In this document: piece by piece, positions 35,595-47,116 of the stretch
Layout of the letters: every line of letters begins with the position of its first letter
How positions within the stretch are numbered: the stretch's first letter is position 1
From: Phyllobates terribilis
Taxonomy: Eukaryota
Assembly (NCBI RefSeq): GCF_046119375.1
Contig: NW_027362772.1
Location: 72,292,001 to 72,356,000, forward strand
Direction: 5' to 3'
DNA: 64,000 bases
Notes under the pieces: generated by a model
Told to the model about the DNA's origin: nothing
Seen by the model: the letters and a program-made list of their open reading frames with translations, nothing else
Database searches by the model: none
Program-made: the position numbers and the translations under genes

Positions 35595-38500
35595 TTAGTC
35601 AATTTGCAAGTCGAAAATATCTCCATCGGAAACTAATTTTTCCTGCACGAGAAAAATGAAAAAAAGAAATTACTGTGAGTTTACGAAAAAAAAATTGATA
35701 GTAAATTGCTTACGAGGATGACTTAAAGAGGATCTCCAGTTTGGGAGTGGGGAGGATCAAGGCAAAATTATTGTAGATAAATATTTTTTGGTCCTATTGT
35801 ACTGGAACAGTTTCCATTTTTTTTTATATATGTTCATTATATACACAAGCCACATAACTTTAGGGCTGGAGCTACATGGTGAATTTGGAGTTGATGTAGG
35901 TCGCGCAGCCAAAGATCGCTATAGTCTCTTGCTATGTCACAGCCTAATGCAAGTTATTGGGTTCTCGTTGCAAAGGTACCCACACGGCAAGAAGTAAATT
36001 GCAAAAAGCTTGGCACCAATCACGGCTGCAAGGCCTTGTAGGTCGCAATTCAACCCCATTCACTTGCATCACCTGGGTAAATCAGTGACTATCGCCACTT
36101 TGATTGCCTCAAAATGGCGATATTAATGTGACCATGTGATCGGCTTTTTGACTGCATATTCTTCACGCACTGAAAGCGATCAGAGCACGCACGGATACAA
36201 GATGTTCTGCATCCTACATTGCCATATGAGCTGAACGAGCTGGAGAGGAGTCAGGTGGGTAAATCATTAATTATACCATTCGACTCCTATTTCCCTGCAG
36301 CACCTCTATAGGGAAAATGAAGCATTACACAGTTCCTACTAAAATCAATGAGCTATTGCTGTAATGCATAGTAGTGTCGGGTCCTCCAGGTGCTTTTACA
36401 AGCTACCCCGGCAACTAAGTAAGGGTCCTCAATTAAAAGGCTACTTTTACATTGATGGGGATAGTTCACCAATATCAGATTGGTGGGGGTGTGAGGATAG
36501 GCCATTAGTATAAAAGTTCTGGACAACTCAGGATTCCTTAATAGTGTGTAGAAGTTAAAATAAAAACCAGGATAGATTACCCAGCCTCCTTGCTTCTGTA
36601 TCCAGGGAACAAACATGTCCATGTATTGAAGACTGTAGCCCATTAGTGTGTGAACGGCATGGCTATTAATCCCGGCCACCTTCCTGGTTAGCTCCATAGT
36701 CAGGGCAATTTTCGTCAGTTCTGGGCTCACACTTGAGCACGCTTCATCCTTTTCCACCTCGACATCTCTTGTGAAAACTTCTGCAAGACGGAAGAAGCTG
36801 CCGTAGGACATCCTGCTGAGGGTATTCCTGAGGAATGGATCCTTACTGATCTAGGAGACAAAAAAATATATATAGATCACTTTTAAAGCTAATCCAGTGC
36901 TCCATTCAGTCACCCAGAAATGACAATTGGCATTGTGTCATGCAAATGTAAGTTTTGGAGAACGGACAAAGCATTAGGAAAAGTTTCCCTAATTTACATT
37001 ACAACACAACATGGGCTGTGGCCACTTTATTCTCAGGATGAGTGGGTCAGTTCCCCGCTGATCATAAAGTGATGGTATATTTAGTGATATGCCATTATTT
37101 TATAAAAAGAATCATATTTGGATGCCATACTAGTAGAGATGAGCGAATCGATGGATGTGAGTTTCGTGTGTAACAAGGGTGCGGTTGTCCTCATTAGCTC
37201 ATGTATCCGCACAGCTTCTATCCTGTACTTATTTCCTTTCCTCTTTTTCTGTAGTCTGCTTTCTCTGCTGTCTCTGAAACTATACATGCTTTCTCACCTC
37301 TCCACTGGAGAAAGATTTGAGGTTGGAGCAGAAAGAGCTATTAGGAACAGGATGTCTGATGGATTTGTAACATTTTTGCAAATGCACTGAGCTAGATAAA
37401 TGCTTACAGACACTCTGCAGCAGCAAAACGGTAGAAGGTTTTTAATGCAGACTATTTACAAAGTTGCATAACTTTGCATTTAGGAAGCAAATGAACAATA
37501 AGAAAAATTCTGTGTGAAGGTGTCCATAGCATTTACGCTCAGACGGGGGAAGGAGTGGATGTGCACGAAGAGAAGGGGTAATTGTACATTTTAAAAGTAG
37601 CTGGAATAAACTTTTTCTTGCACATTCCTCTCCAAACACAGGGACCGCAGATAATAGACAAGGGGCTCTTTGGGTCGGACCCCCGTCAATTAAACATAAG
37701 GATAGGCCAATTATTCAGTCCCATGAATCCTTTTAATAAACATTTTTACGTATACCCCTTTATAAACGAGTGAAAAAAAATAATTGGTAAATGGCAAATC
37801 AGTATCAGGATGGTTTGGGGGATGATTACGTCGGTCGGTCCTCACCTTTTCATTGATAACTACGGCCTGTTCCTGCAGTAAGGCCACCAGCTTCCGAATC
37901 ACTTCATCCTTGTCCTCCGCAGCCGGCCTGTCGTCAGTAGTGACATTATTGTTGTCTGTGAAGACAAACTAATTCATATATTTCCTACAATAAAGGCACA
38001 TAAACAGTGCAACATCTACTTAATAGAAGTGCAATCATGGGCTTGCATTAACGATTTTTCTGTGAAAAATCACGGGCCCATGTCATCCAAGTGCGATCCG
38101 ATTTTTGGCTTGCACTGATTGTGATCCGACCTCTCGGTCCTCAAAAAAGTCACGGACATGTAGACTATCACAGGTACGAGCGCTATCCGAGAAAAATCAC
38201 AGGTAGCACTTGTATGCAAAAATCAGAATGAGCCCGAAAACTATTCCTTCTAAATAATATATTCACATATACACACACACACACACTCACATTTTCTTAA
38301 AAGAATTGCTATATTGATCCAGTAGTATAAAATGCACGAAACAAATTGGTTGAACAGAACAGTACAGAAATTAAAAAGGCAGAAAAGAAATATCCACTGC
38401 GCTCCCAGGCAACATGTTTCAGACCTACATCGTCCTTGGTCAGGCCTTATAGGTCTGAAACATGTTGCCTGGGAGCACAGTGGATATTTCTTTTCTGCCT

Positions 38501-41500
38501 TTTTAATTTTTGTGCTGTTATGTTAAACCATTTTTTTGTTCCTTTTATACTACTGGATCAATAAAGCAATTGTTTTAAGATGTGAGTGCCGGCTATCGAT
38601 TGGACTGTTGCTGTTGAAACAATGGTCATCCACGCAAGTCACCAAATTGTGCCAGAAAAAAAATGAGATATGTACTAAAATAATCAGACTGACCATGGAA
38701 AAGTAGAAAAAATACAAAGTAGGTAAAAGAAAAAAAAAAAAAAAAAAAAAGACTTGTCATACCTCCTTGAAGACTGAGGGCGAACACTGGAGGAGCAGGA
38801 GTCTTCTGTGGCTCCTGGGGACTCTTTAGTTTTTTGTGTCTGAGCAACGTCTCCAACTTTTTCGCAGCTAAAGAGTAAATCTCAGAGTCTTCAAGTCTTC
38901 CTAATAAATGCATAAAGAATTAAAAACATAAGAGCCAGTATATTTATGACCATGTCAAACTTACAAGATTATTTTTTCTCTTATTTTAGTTGGTAAAAAA
39001 ACAAATTAAAAACTAAATAAATTTTGTTTTGTGAGACCATTTTCTAAGCCCGGTGACTTTATTTATTTATTTTTTTTGTGATGAGTTTTCATTTCTATTA
39101 GTACCATTTTGGAGTAGGTAAATGTTTTGATTGCATTTTCTTTTTGGGGGGTGGAGGAGTTAAGGGCAAAAAAGCCTTAGTTACTTACCGGTAACGGGAT
39201 TTTTCGGAGCCCATGACAGCACCACGAGAGAGAGGATCCGCCCATCAAGGACAGGAAACCTACAGGTTAAAAAGGGCGGCACCTCTCTCACGCCTCAGTT
39301 TAAGTTAACAGAGCATGAGCCAAGGTTAATTACAACAAGACAAAAAACACAATATTCATTTTAAGCCAATGACTTCCCCCGAGGGTGCAAAAAAGGAAAA
39401 TAGCCTTACGGGGGTGCAAAACACCAGTGTAGGGAGGGAATATAAGGGTGCTGTCATGGGCTCCGAAAAATCCGGTTACCGGTAAGTAACTAAGGCTTTA
39501 TTCGTACTCCCATGACAGCAACACGAGAGAATTACAGAGACGAAGGAGATTAGGGAGGGACCACAGCCTGAAGCACCCTTCACCCAAAGGCGAGATCAGA
39601 AGAGACACCTAAATCCAATCTATAATGCCTATAGAAGGTGGAGGGAGAAGACCAGGTGGCAGCCTTACATATGCCTTCGATGGAAACCCCTGTCTTCTCG
39701 GCCCAGGAGGTTGCTACTGCTCTGGTGGAATGAGCCCTCAACCCCTAAGGTACTTCCTTATCCCCTGAGGAGTAGGCGAGGGAGATGGCCTCTCTAATCC
39801 ACCTCGCAATCGTAGATTTTGAGGCTTTACAACCGTTCCTAGCCCCCTGATGGCATATGAATAGGGAACTATCTTTCCTAAAACTGTGTGAAACCTCCAG
39901 GTATTTAAGGACGCACCTCCTAACATCTAATGTGTGTAGTTTCTCCTCTTTCTGATTTTTAGGGGGAAAACAAAAAGTTGGAAGATTAATCTCCTGAGTC
40001 CTATGGAACCGAGTGACTACCTTTGGAAGAAAGGCTGGGTCAGGCCTTAGTACAATTCTATCATCCAGAATTTGAGTAAATGGTGGGGATATAGTAAGAG
40101 CCTGTATATCACTTACTCTCCTCGCTGAAGTCAGGGCAACTAACAGGGCTGTTTTAAGAATAATAATTTTATGGGAGGCTGAATCTAGGGGCTCGAAGGG
40201 AGGGTTAGTCAAGGCATTTAGGACTAGATTTAAATCCCAGGGAAAGGATTTAGTTTTAATAATAGGTCTACACCTAAAAGAAGCTTTTATAAGCCGTGCT
40301 ACCCAATAATTAGCCGCTATATCGGAAGAAAACAAAGCTCCCAAAGCCGAAGCTTGTACCTTCAATGTACTAGTGGTAAGGCCCTGTTCTAAACCCCGCT
40401 GCAGAAATTCTAGTATTTTCCCAATAGGGATCCCATCCTCTGGTTTAAATTTCGAAAAGGACAGAAACTTCCTCCAAGTCCTAGATGCGGGTAGTAACGG
40501 GTTTTCTGCTACACAAGAGAGTGTTTACTACATTTATGGAGAAACCTTTGATGGTTAACAGCGCCCTTTCAAATTCCATGCCGTTAAATGGAGATTTGAG
40601 GCTGGAGGATGGGAAACCGGACCCTGAGTGAGAAGGTCCGGAATCTCCGGAAGAACCCAGGGGTCTGATATGGACATTCTCCGATGGCAATGGAACCACG
40701 GTCTCTTGGGCCAAAAGGGGCATATGAGGATTATTCTGGCTTTGTCTGCCCCGATCTTCCTTATGACTGATGGAAGCAGGATCATGGGAGGAAATGCATA
40801 CGCCAAAGGGAACTCCCAGGGAACCATGAAGGCGTCCACTGTCAGGGGTCTTTCCCTGGGGTTTAGGGAACAAAACGCTGTCACCTTTCGATTGGATTTT
40901 GTCGCAAACAAGTCCACTGTTGGAAGACCCCACATTGCCACAATCCTGGAGAATATCTGAGGGTTCAAGGACTACTCTCCTTGTTTTATGGAAGTACGGC
41001 TGAGAAAATCTGCTGTGACGTTTTCCTTCCCTCTTAGATGAACAGCAGAAAGGGAGAGACAATGATCCTCTGCATTCTGAAGAAGTTTGTCCGCTACTCT
41101 CATTAAGTCTTTTGAACGGGTTCCCCCTTGATGATTTATATATGCTACCGAGACTTGATTGTCCGAGAGTATACGGACATCCTGGCCCTGTAAATATACA
41201 AGGAACTTATTGAACGCATAATCAACTGCCAAAAGTTCCTTAACATTTGAGGAAAACCGTACCTCATTTTCTGACCAGGTCCCCTGAATTAAGCTACCTT
41301 CAAAATGAGCTCCCCAACCTGTAGCACTTGCATCTGTAGTCAGGACTGCAGTAGGTTTACATTCCCAAGGGACTCCCCTAGAAAGATTAGAGTATACCAA
41401 CCACCAACAAAGGGATTGTAAGGAGCGAGGGGCCAAGGTGAATTCCTGGTCTAGATGACCATCTAGAATTGAGTCGTTATACAATATATCCCATTGAAGT

Positions 41501-44500
41501 GCCCTTGAATGAAATTGGGACCAACGCACTGCGGTAAAACTCAAGGTCAAGGTCCCTAATAATGACATGGCTTTACGGAGTGACATAGAGGGTCTATCCA
41601 TACAATGTCTTACTAAGCCCTGGATTTTTGCAATCTTTTCTTCTGATAAATGGCATAACTGTCTTTCAGAATCTAAAATGACCCCTAGAAACTGTTGAGC
41701 TTTTAGTGGAGTCAATCTAGATTTTTCCAGATTTAGAAACCAACCTAGTCCTTCCAGGACAGAAATAGTTACCTGAAGGTGGGCCTTCCATTGAACAAAG
41801 GAGTTTCCCACTAACAGGAAATCATCAAGGTAAGGGATTATTAAGATGTCTTTTTCTCTTATATGGGCCATAACCTCTGCCACTAGTTTGGTAAAAATTT
41901 GCGGGGCTATAGCTAACCCAAAGGGAAGGGTGGTATACTGGAAGTGTTTAACCACCCCACTTATTTCAATGGCCACCCTCAAATACTTTTGATAGTCCTT
42001 ATGAATGGGAACATGGTAATATGCGTCTTTAAGATCCAGAACTACGATATAACAGTGGGGAAAAAGTAATTTTATTATCGTTTTTAAGGATTCCATTTTA
42101 CAGGTGTCTATTTTAAGAAAGCTATTTAAAGATCTTAAATTTATGATTGTCCTGAAACACCCATCTGGTTAGGGGACCAGGAAGAGCGGGGAGTAGAATC
42201 CATCTCCCTCTTCTGAATCCGGAACCTCAAATCAGGACGTTTTTCTTTATTAGGACTTGAATTTCCAATACAAGAGCAGTCTGCCGCTCTGGGGAGGAGC
42301 TAGAAGGAACAATCATGAATCTTCTGTAAGGAAGAGTTTGAAATTGAAATTTAAGACCAAATCTAATCAGGCTCAAAATCCAATTACTATGTGAAATACG
42401 TTCCCAAGCCGGGAAAAACAATGACAATCTCTCTCCAACCTGGGCCGATTGTGATTTCCCTGGCTTCTGCTCATTTTTGGAAGAAGAACCAAAGAGTAAG
42501 CCTCTACCTTTACGACCTCTTTCTTCGAATTTCTCGTTCTCTGAAAAATCTTCTTCGGACAAATTTATTTTTCCGAAACGATTTCTTAAAAGAGGGTAGA
42601 GGTACAGATGGGAATCCCTTCTTAGGATCTCCGGCTTTTTCCAACAGTTCGTCCATGGTCTGGCCGAAAAGATATTCCCCCTCGCAAGGAATTGTACAAA
42701 GTCTAGATTTTGTTAGTACATCTCCAGGCCAGCATTTAATCCATAGAGCTCTCCGAGCAGCATTTGATAGAGCTGATGATTTTGCTGCCAGTCTAACAGA
42801 GTCCGCAGACGCATCAGCAAGAAAGGCCGCTGCACCCTGGACCAGGGGAAGGGAAGAAATAATCTCCTTCCTGGAGGCACCCTCCTTTAGTTGATTGTCT
42901 AGCTGTTCCAGCCAAACCATCAGGGCTCTGGATGTGCAGGTGGCTGCCACTGCTGCTTTCAGGGCTCCTGCAGTTGTCTCCCATGCACCTTTCAAAAAGG
43001 TATCTGCTCGTCTGTCCAGGGAGTCTCTTAATGCTCCCATGTCATCGAAGGGGAGAGAAGACTTCTTTGATGCCTTAGCAATGGCAACATCTAGCTTTGG
43101 TGCCTTTGACCAAGAGGAACTTGCGGCATCATCAAACGGATACCTCCTTTTGAAGGAGGGAGGAATTCTGCCCTTCCTTTCTGGCTTTTGCCACTCTCTA
43201 TCAATGAGACCTTTAATTTTAGTATTCATGGGGAAACATCTCTTCTTTTTCTGACGTAATCCCCCAAACATTACATCCTCTACAGATTTTTCTGGTCTAG
43301 TGTCCACAATGCCCATGGTAGTTCAGACAGCTTTTACCAAGGCATCAACCTCATTCAGAGGAAAACATTGTCTATCAGTCTCGCTATCAGAGGAAGAGAG
43401 AGAGGAGGAAGAAATGTCTGAGGTATCAGAGTCTGAATCTGGCTGAGGGTCCTGAGGAAAATGCCTGGGCTCAGAATTCCCTCGCAAAGCCTTGCCTATT
43501 TCTCCTTTAGTTAAAGTCTTTAGACCTAAGGAAAACCCCGGGGTTTCTTCGGTCATCACCCTGTCAATACAAGGTTGGCACAATTTCTTAACATATGCAT
43601 CAGGGAGCGGGTTGCTGCATAGGGCACATTCCTTATGTTTTGATTTAAATGAACATTTCTTGGTCTGAAAAAATTATAGACAGAAGTAGAAGAAGAATTA
43701 GTAGAACTTTCACGAAGATTCCACTTACCCCCTGGAATATGACGTGGTACCGTAGAAACAGAGGAATCCTTTTTAACCGGCAGAGAATCACACCGAACAA
43801 TAGGACCTTCCTTCCTGCTTTTTGCGGTGAACTTCCTAGTTGAACGACTGGACCCAGACCGGGAACGACGTTGCACCACCTGTTGTGAGGGCTCCCCAGA
43901 GGGCTGCTCCTGCAGCAGTAGTTCTTGCTGAGGTGATAGCTGCTCTTGTGAATCTCCCATATTGAAAAAACAATGGGCTAGGAAGCACCTCTGTATGCTG
44001 CCAGGTCCTTTTTATACTGGCCATACCTGGGACCTGTGTGGTGAGTCCCCCCCTCGTCAGCGGTGACAGACTGCTAAGCCCCGCTCCGGCGTCCTCACTC
44101 GCGCCCATTCGCTTCCTGGTCTCGCGCACGAACCACGCCCACTTCCGGCGGAAGCCTCCGGCGCACAGGAAATACGTCATAGGGCCGCGCCTGTCAGGTT
44201 CCCCGCCGGAGCGGCCCAGATCTCCTGCATGGTGTAGCGGGGGGGGGGTTGTCCGCATGTGGACAGCCACGCATAGCGGACAATCCACCTCAGCAAGAGG
44301 GGATGTCACGCTCACCGCAACGCACACGGAGGTGCCCCAATGAGCCCTGCCGTGGCGTCTCCAGAAGTCCAGAACCGACCAGGGCAGGGGATTCACCGCC
44401 CCAGGCACCCTGTCTATTCCATCTGGGGCAAGAGATTCTTTCTTCTTCCTGCAGGTAAGCGTGATAGGTCTCCCATCAAGGACAGGAAACCTAAACTGAG

Positions 44501-47116
44501 ATGGGAGAGAGGTGCCGCCCTTTTTAACCTGTAGGTTTCCTGTCCTTGATGGGCGGATCCTCTCTCTCGTGGTGCCGTCATGGGACTACGAATAAACAGC
44601 AATTCCAGCATTACGATTTCTTTTGTTTTTACCATACAAGTTAAATAATTTTACATTTTTATATGTTTAAACTTTTGCAGATCTTGGTGATACCAAACAT
44701 GTCTATATTTTTTTTTAATTTAATTTCTTTATGTAATATTTTTCAAAACTTTTTTAACTTCACTACATAGGCTGGGCTACAAAGAAGTACAGATACGGTG
44801 GCGTCGAGTGGGCCTTAACTACTCGTGATTGTGTCATTTTTCTGCTGTTGTGTTCAACAATTTTTGTGCCTTTTATACTACTGGATCAAAAAAGCTATTC
44901 TTTTAAGAAGATGTGAGTGCCGGCTATCGTTTGGTTTGCATTAAAACATAGCAAAAAAAAAAAAATAAAAATACATTATATATCAATACCAGTTTCCTGA
45001 ATCGGAGCATAAGGTTCCTCGTTCCACGATTTCACAGGCAGAAAGTCAGGCCGGGCAGGTTTGGAGTCCAAGTCCGGAGTATTCTCTTTGTGCGTTTTTT
45101 TCTTAAGTAACTTTTTAAAGGAGAAGGAACGACTGGGCTTTTTTGGCGTTGCACTTGGCAAGTGCCTCTCATCTTCTTCTGTTAAAGAAGTTGTAGAGGT
45201 CATCACCGTACAGGCAAGTAAGGGGTTAGGAGACTTGGGCCGTTTGGAGGAATCCCCTTTGGCGGCGGCTTTCCCGTGGTCATCGATTATGGCATCGATG
45301 GAGTCTTTGGATTTACTCTGAATGCTTCCGTTCCTGTCCTTTAGTGTCCCACCCTTCTCCTTAGTCTGGCCCGGCTTTTTCAGCAGCTTCTTAATGTTGG
45401 TTGTAAATCCATGTTTGGTCTCTTCCACCCGATTGATCTCCTCGTGTAGGGAATTCCAGGTACCATGACGTCCCTGAGCCGACGACTCGCCAAACGCCGG
45501 GCTCCTACTCCTTTCATCTCTTTCGGGATCTTTGCTTCTTTTTCGATCTGACTTTTTAGATTTCTTTGGAAATAATTCTTTATTTTCTTCATGATTCACT
45601 CTTTTGAGAAAGAGGGAAAAAAAAAGGACATCCAATCAACACCTGCACCCACCACTAAGTTGTGAACATCAGTCTTCCCCTTTCCTCACAGAAAATTAAT
45701 GAATTATGTCCATCACAAGGAGAGCCACATAAATGAGTTTTTTTTATAAAAAAAATTAAATTATTAATAATTATTTTTATTCTTATTATTACAATTAATA
45801 TTATTAGTTAATAATAATAAATAATAATGAATAATAATAATAATACAATTAATTAAAAAAAAAAAAACGAACAAGGGTCTTATGGGTGTAGTTGGATGCA
45901 GTTTCTCAAATCCAAGGCCAAAAGAAGGAGAGTAAATGGAGGGGGATTTTGCAATTCGTTGCATTCCACTTAAGTTTAAAGAGAACCAGTCACCTCTGAA
46001 AATGCAATTTACCTGCATATATAGGATTAATCTGCAGGTAAATAGCATTACATTGCTACCTGGTAGTCTTGCTGAAACTACAGCTACTGGGAGAAAATTA
46101 ACTTATTTCCTCCTGGGAGCCGCCAGCTTTCAGTCATATGGGCGGTGCATGGAGCAGTTAGAGTCATTGCTCTCTATACTGTAAGCAGTGGCCCGGTACT
46201 TTGATTGACCGCTCCCTGTGCAGAGCTGGCTGTCAATCAAGGTAAATGATCGCAACCTGTCTGTATTGCTGAAAGTGCGGCTACTGGGAGAAAATTAACT
46301 TATTTCATCCTGGGAGCCGCCAGCTTTCTGTCATGGGGGTGTGCACAGAGTGATTGCAGTCATCACTCTCTATGCTGTAAGCATACCACAGCACTTTGAC
46401 AGCCGGCTCTGCACAGATGCCATGCAACGCGAGCTGTCAATCAAAATGCCGGGCCATGCTTACAGTATAGAGAGCAATATCTCTAATCCCTCCCCGCACC
46501 GGCCCTATAACTGAAAGCCGGCGGCTCCTAGGAAGAAAAGTTTAATTTTCTCCCAGTAGCCGCAATTTCAGTTAAGTCGGCCGGGCAGCATTGTAACACT
46601 ATTAACATGCCAATTTAACCCTACATCTGCAGGTTTTTTTTCCCCCGAGGTGACAGGTTCCTTTTAAAGTTAGGTTGACATATGACATATGCTGAGGATT
46701 TTCCGATAACAAAAGCAGCAAAAGAGTGTTGAGATTTTACAAAATCGAATCCAACGGCAGAGAATCCCGGCAAAAACGAACCCAGGGTGCAAAATTAATT
46801 TGCAGTTTATCAATGCATGTCGATTTCTGCATCGCACGGGGTGAAATGCGCAACAAATCCAAATTCAGTACAGACTTTATCCACTCAATTTATTTCCCGT
46901 GTCAACATACCCTAAATTTGCCTCAAAAAAACTAAATTAAGCCTACCTGTGACTGTACTTCTTAGGGTCATGGTACGAGCGCCCCACGTGTCCTAGGTTC
47001 CTTCCTTCATCTTGACTCAAGGATCGTTTTAAGAAAGCTTCCAAGACGCACTTTGTTTCCGCTTTCACCTTGATCAGACTGATGTCGCCATTTGTGGGAT
47101 TACCGACCGTATCCAT
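35595..47116 (-). CDS. BCL2L12: Bcl-2-like protein 12, 448 aa
   Basis: Exons 46947-47116, 44990-45600, 38763-38900, 37846-37955, 36581-36850 and 35595-35642. All GT-AG, junction phases 2,1,1,0,0, 1347 nt in total. Motifs: KAETKCVLEAFLKRSLS, VIRKLVALLQEQAVVINEK, IALTMELTRKVAG, BH2 PWIQKQGGWEKLV...DLQID*. Lies upstream of PRMT1 as in human. Confidence 0.87.
38285..38587. mobile_element. Two inverted Penelope-like pLTR remnants forming a 300-bp palindrome
   Basis: ~60-bp core stem with 1 mismatch, 22-nt loop and imperfect outer arms. GAAACATGTTG and GTGAGTGCC motifs are typical of Penelope-type terminal repeats. A direct copy lies at 44850-44930. The family assignment is inference. Confidence 0.6.
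39550..40560 (-). pseudogene. DIRS tyrosine recombinase ORF, disrupted
   Basis: LTSARRVSDI (catalytic R), AHSTR (HxxR) and FYRHY (catalytic Y). Frameshift at ~40480 and in-frame stops at 39745 and ~39580. Confidence 0.92.
40555..42430 (-). pseudogene. DIRS RT-RNaseH-Dam-like methyltransferase ORF, disrupted
   Basis: LDLKDAYYHVPI, LPFGL, YLDD, TTDASATGWG, SDNQVSVAYINHQGGTRS, VDLFA...AYAFPP. +1 frameshift at ~42230, TAA at ~42172 and TAG (for TGG) at 40972-74. Confidence 0.92.
42510..43960 (-). pseudogene. DIRS ORF1 (gag-like, Cys4 finger plus LAP2alpha-like region), disrupted
   Basis: KECALCSNPLPDAYVKKLCQPC (CxxC-x11-CxxC) and KRRYPF...APKLDVAIA...LDRRADTFLK. TGA at 43323 lies in frame between the two pieces; frameshift near 43650. 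Confidence 0.8.
45980..46663. mobile_element. T2/Kolobok-type MITE with internal duplication
   Basis: TTAA flanks and AGAGAACCAGTCAC / GTGACAGGTTCCTT termini. CTACTGGGAGAAAATTAACTT occurs at 46085 and 46281 and inverted at ~46540. Confidence 0.75.

Larger units (their letters stand above)
39174..44596 (-). mobile_element. DIRS1-type tyrosine-recombinase retrotransposon, full length, coding-defective
   Basis: Inverted terminal repeats (39205-39290 vs 44503-44583) and an internal complementary region at 39447-39530 joining both termini (TAAGGC|TTT|ATTCG). Gag, RT/RNaseH/MT and YR frames are present. No TSD; it sits at a TTT/AAA site. Confidence 0.97.

Noticed and set aside
44436-44459. Polypyrimidine-CAG|GTAAG recursive-splice-like site
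   Set aside because: It is on the plus strand, antisense to both BCL2L12 and the DIRS, so it matters only if an antisense transcript exists.
39174-44596. Active autonomous DIRS, or programmed frameshift/readthrough
   Set aside because: There are at least 5 premature stops and 3 frameshifts spread over all three ORFs. One frameshift in a short T run could be a sequencing error, but not all of them.
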